Assembly: GCA_002633005.1 (NCBI GenBank)
Contig: NMRA01000026.1
Location: forward strand, 152,395 to 191,227
Length of the DNA: 38,833 bases
Direction: 5' to 3'
DNA from: Phoronis australis
Taxonomy: Eukaryota > Animalia > Phoronida
Positions 24,838 to 33,840 of this stretch are shown one piece after another (the first letter of the stretch is position 1; every line of letters starts with the position of its first letter). The position numbers were made by a program, and so were the translations under genes. The notes under the pieces were generated by a model. That model saw only the letters and a list, made by a program, of their open reading frames with translations. It did not search any database and was not told the origin of the DNA.

Positions 24838-26103
24838 GATACATGAATGTGTGTGCGCGCGTGCGCACTTTTGTGTGTGTATGTGTGCGTGTGTACGTGC
24901 GTGTGCATGGTCGTGGGCATGAGCGTGTAAGTAAAGCTCGATTTGGGGCGAGCGAGTGCGTGTCGTGCCATAGCACTTGCGATCCATTTTTCACAGGAGC
25001 TCGCAGTCCGGGAGTATTTCTTTTAAGTAATTTTTAAGTGTTACATTTCATTTCAAGTCTTTCTTTGTTATTATAGCATGTAGATTCACCGCTCATTTCG
25101 TTTTTTCACAGCGTTACTTCAGTCCTCGCCAGCATTGGTGCTGCCGCCGTGCCGGGCTCAGGCATCGTGATGCTAATCATGGTTTTGGAATCGGCAGGAT
25201 TTCCAGTAGAAAATGTCAGCTTGCTTTTAACAGTGGACTGGTTAACGTAAGTAGTCACTGGAGTTTTGCTTGTACCTTGCTCTACCACATGTTTGTGTAT
25301 ATTTAGTTTTTGGCACTTGTTAACTGGTTTACTATACATGTGATCTGGTATTGGAGAATGATAGGCGGAGTTTGAGATGACCATTTTTACTTTTCATCTC
25401 AGGAAGAACACCACCGGGGGCCGCGGCACGGGTATTAGTTGGTGTGTTGACTAAAAATTTGATACATGTAAAGCAATATCTAGCAGTGGCGGATCTAGGA
25501 TACCATAAGGGGGGGGGCAACATCCGAAGATGACGTCAGCAAAGCGTGCTTGTGTTTGCAGCAGAGACCCGAAAGTTGCGGGCACCGGTCTTGTTACCCT
25601 TCTGTTCAGAAAATCTGCTGTTGGACTAAAAGAAAAAAAAAAAGGGAACGCCACGGTCCCGGTTCTGAGCCCCCGGTTCTGAGCCCACCCCCTTTCTCCG
25701 CTACCGGTCCTGGTTACTCACTCAGCATCTCAGCATTTCCTTAAGCTTTGCGCTGTTGCTGTTCCACTTTTCTTGCGGAAGCCAAGGGGGGGGGGCTGCC
25801 CCCCTTAAATCCGCCTATGCCTAGCAACACTTGAAGACAATATCTTAGATTGGGAATTGTCGTTCTAAACATGCATACGCCAACCAATGTGAAAACATGA
25901 TAACTTCATTTTGTGGTTTCAGGGGACGATTTCGAACCGTAACCAACATTCTTGGCGACAGCTTCGGTGCTGCCATCGTTGCTCACCTTTGCCGCCACGA
26001 CCTTGTGCAAACGGAAGAAAGAGCAGACGACAAAGAAGAGCAACTAGTACCTCTGACCGACATGCACCTGAACAACACAGCCGAGGCACACGAAGTTGTT
26101 TGA
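11797..26103 (+). CDS. SLC1A: SLC1-family (excitatory amino acid/dicarboxylate:cation symporter, EAAT-like) transporter, 8 coding exons: 11797-11989, 15126-15342, 17408-17589, 19668-19794, 21502-21735, 23195-23389, 25112-25246, 25923-26103 (1464 nt, 487 aa)
   Basis: Manual splicing gives a continuous ORF with family motifs FPGEIFMR..PLIVTS, YYISTT, NLVPENL, N(T)LGIL, WFSPVGI, SSS (HP1), GATVNMDAT (TM7), ASIGAAAVPGSG (HP2), VDWLTGRFRTVTNILGDSFG (TM8). The symbol denotes the family only; the orthologue is not assignable. The start codon is tentative because an AG acceptor at 11789-11790 implies an upstream exon. Confidence 0.93.
12260..13535 (+). mobile_element. Non-autonomous Kolobok DNA transposon
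   Basis: Perfect 15-bp TIR AGAGTTCCCACCATG, TTAA on both sides; THAP remnant MKRCVCGNC..FKFP..W (from 12496) and ATL*SAHFKESCF (12815-12856); convergent acidic ORF with PYELDP, resembling the KolX PYxFEP motif. Confidence 0.85.
12606..12753. mobile_element. Nested GC-rich MITE (dimer of two units of about 70 bp) interrupting the THAP remnant
   Basis: Termini CATGGGCGGCGCA...TGCGCCACCCATG; repeated TAGCCCCC(C)ACTTTTTCAG; no clear TSD. Confidence 0.7.
14190..14910 (+). mobile_element. Highly degenerate Penelope-like element remnant (RT and GIY-YIG fragments)
   Basis: Colinear decayed motifs: FFNG, Q..CM.PQVSGDIAN..E (like QxxGxxMGSPxSxxxAN), TVYRR (like TVYRK), LYKL..YYL (like VYKI..YIG), NVEIL and RG.QEAIYI (like RGxKEAIYI). 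Confidence 0.55.
15126..15342 (+). CDS. SLC1A: SLC1 coding exon 2 (TM3)
   Basis: ctgcag acceptor; GISKFTPGSLGKIGIRVLVYYISTTVIATILGIVLALATRPG..DAFLDAIR; AG|gtaag donor; not in the ORF track. Confidence 0.92.
17043..17294. mobile_element. TTAA-flanked MITE (Kolobok-like)
   Basis: TTAA|AGGATACTAAACCCCG ... CGGGTTCGGTATCCT|TTTAA. Confidence 0.7.
17408..17589 (+). CDS. SLC1A: SLC1 coding exon 3 (TM4a-b, extracellular loop)
   Basis: ctgtag acceptor; NLVPENLFEANF..NGTNTLG with N-glycosylation sequons NSS, NRT, NGT; G|gtaat donor. Confidence 0.9.
17980..18172. repeat. Local direct duplication (about 74 bp shared, period about 120 bp)
   Basis: ATTCAAGTCYTACCAGTCGCCTTGGCTTTGGTTTTATCYCCATTTTTATCAA occurs twice. 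Confidence 0.85.
18920..19640. repeat. Three diverged tandem units of about 250-270 bp containing hammerhead-like cores
   Basis: Units start at about 18920, 19190 and 19443 with CAGACGTTTC(G/T)CTTTG..GGGTGA..CAAACAAT; shared ACGTGCACT, GGTGGT and GATTCAATT blocks. Confidence 0.75.
19668..19794 (+). CDS. SLC1A: SLC1 coding exon 4 (TM4c-TM5)
   Basis: tttgcag acceptor; GILSFTIVISIIMIKMKTRPETTIKFFCEMNDVIMKLVHLIMW; TG|gtaagt donor. Confidence 0.9.
19805..20564 (+). mobile_element. Solo LTR (760 bp)
   Basis: TGTCA...TGACA termini, exact 5-bp TSD TGGAT (19800-19804 and 20565-20569), TATAAATA 20143-20150, AATAAA 20458-20463, 64-bp-period U3 duplication 19888-20006. Confidence 0.88.
21502..21735 (+). 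CDS. SLC1A: SLC1 coding exon 5 (TM5-TM6-HP1)
   Basis: ctatag acceptor; FSPVGIMSLIAGK..RKNPILFFRGMSQACLTAFALSS; AG|gtaat donor. Confidence 0.93.
22053..22305 (-). mobile_element. tRNA-derived SINE with a hammerhead-like 3' body
   Basis: Minus strand GACTCCA-TGGTGTAGTGG (A box, 22288-22298), GGTTCAAATCC (B box, 22233-22243) with long-variable-arm spacing, then CAC-CTGAAGA..GAAACGTT-GTG (22116-22157). Confidence 0.72.
22116..22157 (-). ncRNA. Candidate minimal type I hammerhead ribozyme (second copy)
   Basis: CAC-CUGAAGA-UGGCCGA-AGAAUAGA-CCGACA-GAAA-CG-UU-GUG. Confidence 0.5.
22309..22501 (+). mobile_element. Inverted 5'-truncated copy of the same SINE
   Basis: Reverse complement of about 22053-22239, starting inside the B box (CAAATCC). 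Confidence 0.8.
22398..22439 (+). ncRNA. Candidate minimal type I hammerhead ribozyme
   Basis: CAC-CUGACGA-UCGCCGG-AGAAUAGA-CCGACA-GAAA-CG-UU-GUG: intact CUGANGA and GAAA core, 3-bp stem I, palindromic AACGUU in place of stem III, imperfect stem II. Confidence 0.55.
23195..23389 (+). CDS. SLC1A: SLC1 coding exon 6 (HP1b-TM7)
   Basis: tttctag acceptor; [51 protein letters not shown]; TG|gtaag donor. Confidence 0.93.
23829..23888. mobile_element. 60-bp palindromic micro-MITE with a 10-bp TSD
   Basis: CTCGTTGGTTCCCTGCGTGCC...GGCACGAAGGGAACCAGTGAG (18/21 pairing), flanked by exact AAGTGGGAGG on both sides. Confidence 0.8.
24581..24621 (+). ncRNA. Degenerate minimal hammerhead-like motif
   Basis: CGGC-CUGAAGA-U-GAG..CUC-GAAA-UG-UA-GACG. 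Confidence 0.35.
24753..24906. repeat. Compound (TA)n/(TG)n microsatellite
   Basis: Read directly from the sequence. Confidence 0.95.
25112..25246 (+). CDS. SLC1A: SLC1 coding exon 7 (HP2-TM8a)
   Basis: ttcacag acceptor; VTSVLASIGAAAVPGSGIVMLIMVLESAGFPVENVSLLLTVDWL; AC|gtaag donor. Confidence 0.93.
25484..25819. mobile_element. GC-rich MITE
   Basis: Termini CAGTGGCGGATCTA...TAAATCCGCCTATG with poly-G subterminal tracts; a related terminus lies at about 10640-10654. Confidence 0.7.
25923..26103 (+). CDS. SLC1A: SLC1 terminal coding exon 8 (TM8b, C-tail)
   Basis: tttcag acceptor; GRFRTVTNILGDSFGAAIVAHL..AHEVV, then TGA. Confidence 0.93.
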
Positions 26104-26320
26104 TTGAAAAAAAAACATTAATGTAATTCTTCCAGGCGTAACGCAGTTCGAGCACCAGTTTTGTCTACTAAATAGCAGCCATCCAATTGGAATAAGAAAG
26201 AGTAGTGTATATACAAGAATAATGAGTGGCTCAGTGTGCAATTTCTGAAATAAGATTCAAGAAATGCGAAGTTTACCATAAGACTTCAAAGATTTAGAAT
26301 GTGTCGGGAACAAAAGTATT

Positions 26321-26381
26321 TATATATATATATATATATATATTAGATACATGAATGTGTGTGTGCGCGCGTGCTCACTTT

Positions 26382-26412
<31 letters not shown>

Positions 26413-26652
26413 GTTTGTGTGCTGCCATCGTGGCTCCCCTTTGCCGCCACGACCTTGCGCAAACGGAAGAAAGAGCAGAAGACAAACAAGAGCAACTAGT
26501 ACCTCTGACCGACTTGTACCCGAACAGCAGAACCGAGGCACAAGAAGTTGTTTGATTGAAAAAAAAAAACTTTAATGTATTAATGTAATTCTTCCAAGCG
26601 TAACGCAGTTCGAGCACCAGTTTTGTCTACTAAATAGCAGCCATCCAATTGG
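26321..26652 (+). pseudogene. Chimeric partial duplicate of the SLC1 3' end (intron-6 microsatellite fused to the last 135 coding nt plus 3'UTR)
   Basis: 26421-26555 matches 25969-26103 with 12 substitutions; 26321-26420 matches the (TA)n-ttagatacatgaat-(GT)n block at about 24815-24900; exon 7, the exon 8 acceptor and the RFRT motif are missing. Confidence 0.85.
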
Positions 26653-26756
26653 TTCTCAAAATCTACATGTAGGATTTCTGTAATCGACTATTGCATACAT
26701 TTCTATGGTTGGTCACCTTTCCCGCTACGGTTTCGCGAGAGGAATAAGAAAGAGTA

Positions 26757-27438
26757 GGTGTTAGAATGTTTCGGGATCAAAAGTATATATTTCCACTTAA
26801 TCGAATGCATTTATAAAAGCCAAGCCACGACCTGACGAGGGAATCGCAGATCAACGTCACTGATTCACCCACGTGGTGGAGAGAGTGTATAATTGTTCTG
26901 ATAATTTTACTTGTGACACGACGTTTAAATGGTTACAGATAAGGGTAATCCATACAAATGCGGCAACAAATGTATTTCTTGCCAAAATTGGTGTCAAGCG
27001 ACTCAGTTCTCTGTACATTTTCTAAAAAATACCCGGAAATGCGAAGTTTACTATAAGACTTCAAAGGTGTTAGAATGTTTCGGGAACAAAACTATATATT
27101 TCCACTTAATCGAATGCATTTATAAAAGCCAAGCCATGACTTGACGACGGAATCGCAGATCAAAGTTACTGATTCACCCACTTGGTGCAGAGAAAATATA
27201 CTTGTTCCCATAATTTTACTTGTGACACGATGTTTAAATGGCTACAGATAAGGGTAATCCATACAATTGTGGCAACAAATGAATTTCTTGTCAAAACTGG
27301 TGTCAAGCGTCTCAGTTCTCTGTAAATTGGTGTCAAGCGACTCAGTTCTCTGTAAATTGGTGTCAAGCGACTCAGTTCTCTGTAAATTGGTGTCAAGCGA
27401 CTCAGTTCTCTAAACATTTTCTAAAAAAGACCCGGAAA
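26757..27438. repeat. 309-bp tandem duplication with an internal 30-bp x4 minisatellite in the second unit (27295-27411)
   Basis: Units start GGTGTTAGAATGTTTCGGGA at 26757 and 27066; the 30-mer AATTGGTGTCAAGCGACTCAGTTCTCTGTA is present once in unit 1 and four times in unit 2. Confidence 0.92.
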
Positions 27439-27827
27439 ATATGACACATCTCTACTAGTGTATCCAGAACAATGAGTTCTTGTCTGCAATCACTCATTTG
27501 TTATTTGACAAAATACAATCTTTTGGCTCTCGTCTTAGAGACGGATTTTTCACTATACACAACTGAGATACAATTCACTAACGCGTATTTCTTGGAAAAT
27601 AACACATCTACAGCCAACCAATCAGAATGCTTCTACCTCAATACAAACGATTAAGAAGAAGGGACTTAAGCACAAGCAAATGGACAAATATCTGTATTTC
27701 AGAAACTGTGAACCTGAAGAATTTAACAGTATGGTCCTCTGAGTCTGTTTTGTTTTATGGAGTACTCATGGGTTCTAATTCAGTGGGCACTTCTGGAAAT
27801 ACGTGCGAGAGTAAGTGTGATGTCTGA

Positions 27828-27906
27828 GCGTGTTTATGTGTACGTGCGCGTGTTGTGTGCTTGCGTGTGTGTGTGTGTGCGTGTGCGTGTGCGTGTGTGT
27901 GTGTGT
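27828..27906. repeat. (TG)n/(GTGC)n microsatellite
   Basis: Read directly from the sequence. Confidence 0.9.
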
Positions 27907-30811
27907 CCCATCATTGTGTGTTGTACATTGCTTTTGTGTTTTGAATAAAATAAAACAAAACTAGTACCATTGGCAGACATTTATCATCGCAGGAATCACA
28001 CGAATTTATTCAAAAAAAATATGAGCAGTGTTTTGACATCTAGGCCTACATGATGAGGAGTGCACCCATTCAACCTAAGTAAAGGTTTACTTTAAGTACA
28101 TGTAGGTGTGATTACTCTTGAATCACTAGCTTTGTTTTAGGGAAATATTTAGAAAGTCGCATGGGCCTTGCTGTTTCAGAAATGCTATACACATCTACTA
28201 GTATCAATGGAAGGAGTTTGTATGGTGTTTGTAAATGCTTAGATTGCCAATAAAACAGTAATGATTTGGTCCTTTTATTCATAGAAATTCCTATCGTCTC
28301 AAAAGGCTTCAAGGAACGATATTGTGGGAACTGTCCCGGTCACAATTTCTAAAGGACTTCAGCGCCGTTTTAGTCAAACCCAGATATAGTGGTTGGATGG
28401 GGGGGGGGGGGGGGGGGGGNCTTGCGTTTTATCCAATGTAGCAACGGTAAGTATATGACATCCTAAACGTGTTTCCTCAGTGCGCCGGTAGGTGACTGTA
28501 AAAGCTTCTTTCGTTTTTATCTCTAACTGTGACCGCGGACAGCATTAACAACTAACCGAATTTTACACTGAGCCCAGTCCTTCCGTCGGTAGGGATATGC
28601 GCCCTCTTAAAGTGACCCGCAGTTTTTCTTGTTCAATTTAGAAATGATTTTTACACTTTTAGAAGAACTGACAGTTCGCACCCTCCTTATGAGATGTGTT
28701 ATCACAACGTGTTAGTTTTAGCCGCCCAGGAAGCATAACCATAAACGCGTTCTTGCAATCAATTACAATTCAGCTAAAGCGCAATAATACAAGGATGCTG
28801 ACGTGGAAGAGGAATTTTTCTTGCGAAGAAAATCGCTTTTTACGTCAGCAGAACATTGGAGTTCTCAATATATGAAACCTTGCTAGTTATAGTGTTTCCT
28901 ACGAATCGTTTGTAGTCGATGAATAGTATATTACCGCCCTCTCTTGGATAAACGATGTGGAACAGTGAGCCGTTTGGCGAGAGGCTTTTGTCAGCAAATA
29001 ATAAGCATTCGATTTGGCAAACCGTCACGGTTAAACAACAGATTTATAACGAGGGTTTAGGAAAGATGCATGGAAAGGTCAAACAGAATTTTTTGACAGA
29101 AACTCACATGCCACAAGCAGTCTTCCAACAACTAAGAACGAGAAATTTGCAGCCGACTTTCGATTCCTAATTTGGCTTGAATTCTGTAAACGTAAGGGAA
29201 AGCCAAATGACCAACGTGCTTTACTTATAACTGATGACGATATATCGCGAAACTTAAGTGATTCTGCCTTTCCGCGCGTGTATTGCGCCTACAGAGGCGG
29301 GCGTCTGCTACTTCGAAATTAGGATAGTCGTAAACATTGTCTGCATGTAGTAACATCGTATCACGGTTTTTGTGCTACAGTAATTCAATTTGCCAAGGAG
29401 CCCTGAAATTGAACTAGCCCTCGTCTCTCCTTATGTGAAACTCAACATTTTCCACTGAATCGTCAGAATGATGGCCATGTCACGTGATAAGACGTGGCAC
29501 CCATGAGGAGGTCGCGGTTTGATGTCAAACATGTAAATGTACATGTAGATAGTACGAGCTAAGCTGGTAATTAAAGTGACGAACCGTGACATTAGTAGTA
29601 CCTACTACAGAATATCCGCTTTGTAGCATCATGCTATGATCTTTTACCTAATGTTACGTGACGACAGGTCTAATATGATAATGAGAAGGTAATTGTTGAG
29701 TACGAAAGAAGTCGTGGTCAGGCCGGTCGTGGTAGACTGCTTTCTGAAGATGGACGCATAAAATAGATTCTAAAAATGTCCTTGCCTTAAAATGATCTTA
29801 TTTCAGTTGCAAACGAAGCACATCCAGAACGTTTACATGTCAAAAACTTGCCCTGAAAAATCAGAATTAGAATGTTCCTTAGTTTTACAGAAAATGTGAA
29901 CTCGAACACACGCTATCGGAATTCTCATACTCGAACCTGGTTACGTCGTTGATGTATAGATGGCGCTTTGATCAATTAGAGTCTCAAAGAGCTCATTTTG
30001 TCTCAAGTATGCCGCGCTCGAGCTTCAGCAGCAGACGCTCTCAGGCGAGTCACGTTATCAAATTATTAGATTTATATAAATCTTGAGATCTTTTGTTCAC
30101 CATACAAACAAGACAGAATGATCCCGACGTTTCGAATACGTTATTATTTCTCAAGGTAATGATTACTTAAGAAATAATAGACGGCTTACACAGACCAGTG
30201 CCCGGTTGCATCAAACAGTCCCAAATAGGGACTCAACCAAATTCTCATCTACTGCGCATTTTTGGACTTGTGAAAAGGTCGGTTTTCCTTTTTGTATTGT
30301 TTTAGCTTCATTACTAAGTCAACTTTTCACTTTGATACAAATCGAGAGTGAACTCTTCGTTGAATTGTCAATATTATCGAAAATAATTAGGGGTCTTTTC
30401 ATAGCTCCGCTCCTTCATTGCAAAAACATCATCCAAGAACTCTCAATGTCAGAAGAGTTGATCCAATTTCATCTCTTCACAGTTTATAATTTGCAATATT
30501 GCCGCGAGCTTAACGAGTCCAAATTTATCTATATATTTTTACGTGCCTATTGAAGTATTATTCATTGTCCTATGTGTATGGCGCGTTCACTAAATCCGCA
30601 AAAGTTTGATTGAAAGCCCAGACAGTTCTGGCGACAATTTCCCAGAGAAGTGCGCCCCCCCCTTTCCCAAGTCGTGCTTGAGTGAGAGCCTTGAGACAGC
30701 TATTCTAATAACTTGCCACAACATGTTTATTACATACTACAAAATAATAAGTACCATAACAATAAATTTTATAAACTTAACACATATACGCTATCAAAAG
30801 GATATTATTAA

Positions 30812-31096
30812 CAGGATGTTCCATCGAAACAGGAACCCCGGTGTAAAAGAGATATCTCGGAGTAGAAAACAGAGTTCCGAAACTTCAAAAAAGCTAACCA
30901 GCTCGAAATCACGAACCCCGACCTTTAAAACAGGAATTGGACAGAAACCGGAACATTCTTTTTCGGTCCTTGGATTCATGTTTTAAAAGACGGGCTAGCG
31001 TTTTTCGGACTGGTTAGCTGTTTGAAGGTTGGAGTCTGTCTTCTATTCCGGGATATCTGTTTTACACCGGGGTTTCTGTTTCGATGGAACACCCTG
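30812..31096. mobile_element. Hairpin MITE with arms of about 120 bp (Tc1/mariner-like termini)
   Basis: CAGGATGTTCCATCGAAACAGGAACCCCGGTGTAAAA ... TTTTACACCGGGGTTTCTGTTTCGATGGAACACCCTG. Confidence 0.82.
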
Positions 31097-32894
31097 ATTA
31101 ACTTCTTGTCACATGTCAGGAGTGTACGACTGGTAACAAAAATCCGCCAAAAGGATATACTGAACAACGCAAGCCTATCTCGACTTTTCGGTTTCAGAGC
31201 TGAAGCACTACCCACGCTGTGAAACGTTACCTACTGAGCCTGATTTGAAGCGATAACCGTTGTTCTATAGTTCGGATATCCTATTTAAACTCAGTAACAA
31301 AACGAAGCTATATTTATAACAGTTATTGACATAAAACAATTTTGTTTTACCTAGAAAGGGCTTAACGCCTTGCTTCTAATTGAAGATTGTTAACGATTCT
31401 GCCACGCAATCAGTTTTTGGGGTGGGTGTAATCAAGGGATTGGAAAGCAGCGTCAACAGAAAGCTTCTTAATCTCATTTAGCCTGTGTGACCGAGTATGT
31501 GATTAAAAAAAGGTTAGCATGTTTTTGCAGAAAACCAGAGAAGGCCACTGAAATGGCATTACTAAAATTCCCAAACAATTTCGAATGTACGGGGAATTTC
31601 AAGATGGACTTGAAAATTAGTTGGACATGCTACTGCCGACATCATGACTAAGCTGGTGTAGTCTAGTCCTTTACGACCGCAGGTGCAAGCAAAAGGTTTC
31701 ACTCGAAATTGTGGTTGGCTCTGCTCGCGACATCCTCGGATCCGCCAGTGTTGCATGACCCTAAACCACCAGAGAAATCGACAGGCCTACTTCATACTAG
31801 GTCAAACTTAACGAACACCGCCAGTAAACTCAAGACAAACATGTAACAAGTTGTTGTTCTGATTTGGAGAATCAGAATTGTTATTCTGATATAAGAGAAC
31901 CAGGCAATGTTATTATTCACTGAGTGCATGAAACTGGTTCTCTAAATCAGGGCCCATTTGTATATCTGACCAGTGCCGGCATACCATTTGTAGACCGAGT
32001 ATAATTGCATTGGTAACAGTGGTTAGTCGGGCCCGAAACACAACTCCACTCAGTGCATCCAATGTTTATCAGCGTAGTGTTTTCACTACCGTGACGTAAC
32101 TTCGTAACAGAATATGGGCCCAGCCTTGCGGCAAGGGTGACCGACTGGGGATACGTTCAGGATTTATCGCGAGATTTCCGTCTTCTAGAAATCCATTCCA
32201 TAATGTAGTCTAGACTAGATAATGGCGGCGTAGTTTACGGTTCAGCAGTAAATTCTTCAGGTACAGGGGGCTTGCATTGCTGAAAGACACTGAGACTTGT
32301 AAATCTGTTATAATGAAGAGAATGTCAAAGGAAAAAGGTCAACCAAGAACTGTATTGTACTGCAGACGAGGGGAGAACGAGAGTGGTGGAAAGATGGAAC
32401 AGGAAGATGAAAAATACCATCTTTTTAGCCAATTCCACTACGGTAGTGGCGATGTTCTCGGTGATTCGGTTAATCGGTACAACAACGCCAGACATTCGCC
32501 CATTAAATTACTGTATATGTATGTATTCATGCCTAAACACAATGCAGAGGATATACAAGGCACATTTTATAAACTTGAATTACAGAAGACAAAACAGTAA
32601 GCGTTAAGAAAGAGGAAATCACCATTAAAATAAAGACAGCGTAAAGTGTTTAGTCAACTGAAAGGGATAACTTAATAACTTTAATTCAAAACATCAGTTG
32701 TCACATGACATGTCTTCTAGCGAGATGTTACTAGCCAAGACCTGTGTGGCACTTTATTTTCCACAAATTTAATAATGTCCATTGTATTTTTGTTTTGTCT
32801 GACTGGATGCATTTTGGAAATATCAGTATTGTTCATGAAAACAGCAGTATGTAAAAATACTTGTGCGCAATACTTTATAGCGCAGAGGTTGAAG

Positions 32895-33840
32895 GTACAT
32901 GTACGTACACTACACAGGGGTACGTACACTACATTTCAATCACTTGTCAAGTTTATAAAAAAAACTTAGAATCTACAGAGAGTTAGTTCACTTACCAAAT
33001 CTATTCAATGAGAACGAACAAAAAGTACAGCAAAAAGTGTATATCTGTCTGTCATTCTTTGAAAACAGGCACATGTTAAAATATAGGGGTACGTACACTA
33101 CACAAATGCTAATATTTCACTCAAAACAAATGCATTCGTAATTAACACCCTTATAACCTAGCATTTTTAATGAAGGAATCTGTCTGTGTTTCATGGTATT
33201 TGTTCACATCGGGGAACGGACACCTCACAGGGGTAGGTACACTACATTTCAACGACATGTCAGATTTGTAACTAAATACTAAGAATCAACTGAGAGTTAG
33301 TTGATTTACTAAATGAATTCAAAGAGAAAAAATAAAAAGCACAGCATTCATGTGTATATTTGCCATACTTTTAAAATAGGCACAAATTAAAATACACTAC
33401 ACAAAAGCTAATATTTCACTCAAAACAAATGTATTTATAATAAACACCCTTTTTACCTAACATTTTTAAGGAAGGAAACTGTCTGTGACCAATGTTGATC
33501 ACTTACCAAGTGATATTTTAATTTCATGGCATTTGTAAACAAGGGGGTACATACACTACAAAAGGGGGTACGTACCCTCTACATGTACATCACTGTTTCC
33601 GCATCACATGGTAACATAATGTTATATGGCCATTTTACACTACAAAAGGGGGTACGTACACTCTACATGTACATCGCTGTTCCCGCATCACATGGTAACA
33701 TACATGTAATGTTGTGTGGCCATTTTATTTTTCTTTGGTGATAATAAGCACCATGTCGTTATTTAAAAGGCAAAAATTTCATTCGCAATGACCATTTGTG
33801 TTATTGCATTCCACATGGGGGTACGTACACTACATTTTGG
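32895..33840. repeat. Complex repeat built on GGGGTACGTACACT(A)C, with a duplication of about 313 bp (32917/33230) and one of about 83 bp (33554/33637)
   Basis: About eight same-orientation copies of the motif; may be the subterminal region of a DNA transposon. Confidence 0.75.

Noticed and set aside
24630-25037. ORFs rich in YI/CV/HT
   Set aside because: Translations of microsatellites.
26355-26555. Alternative terminal coding exon
   Set aside because: It lacks a proper acceptor and the TM8 RFRT..GD segment, so it would not give a functional transporter.
27295-27411. CRISPR-like array or RELSRLTPIY repeat protein
   Set aside because: Head-to-tail 30-mers with no spacers in a eukaryotic context; the ORF is a by-product of the repeat.
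30606-31222. Pair of similar ORFs on opposite strands
   Set aside because: Explained by the inverted arms of the MITE.
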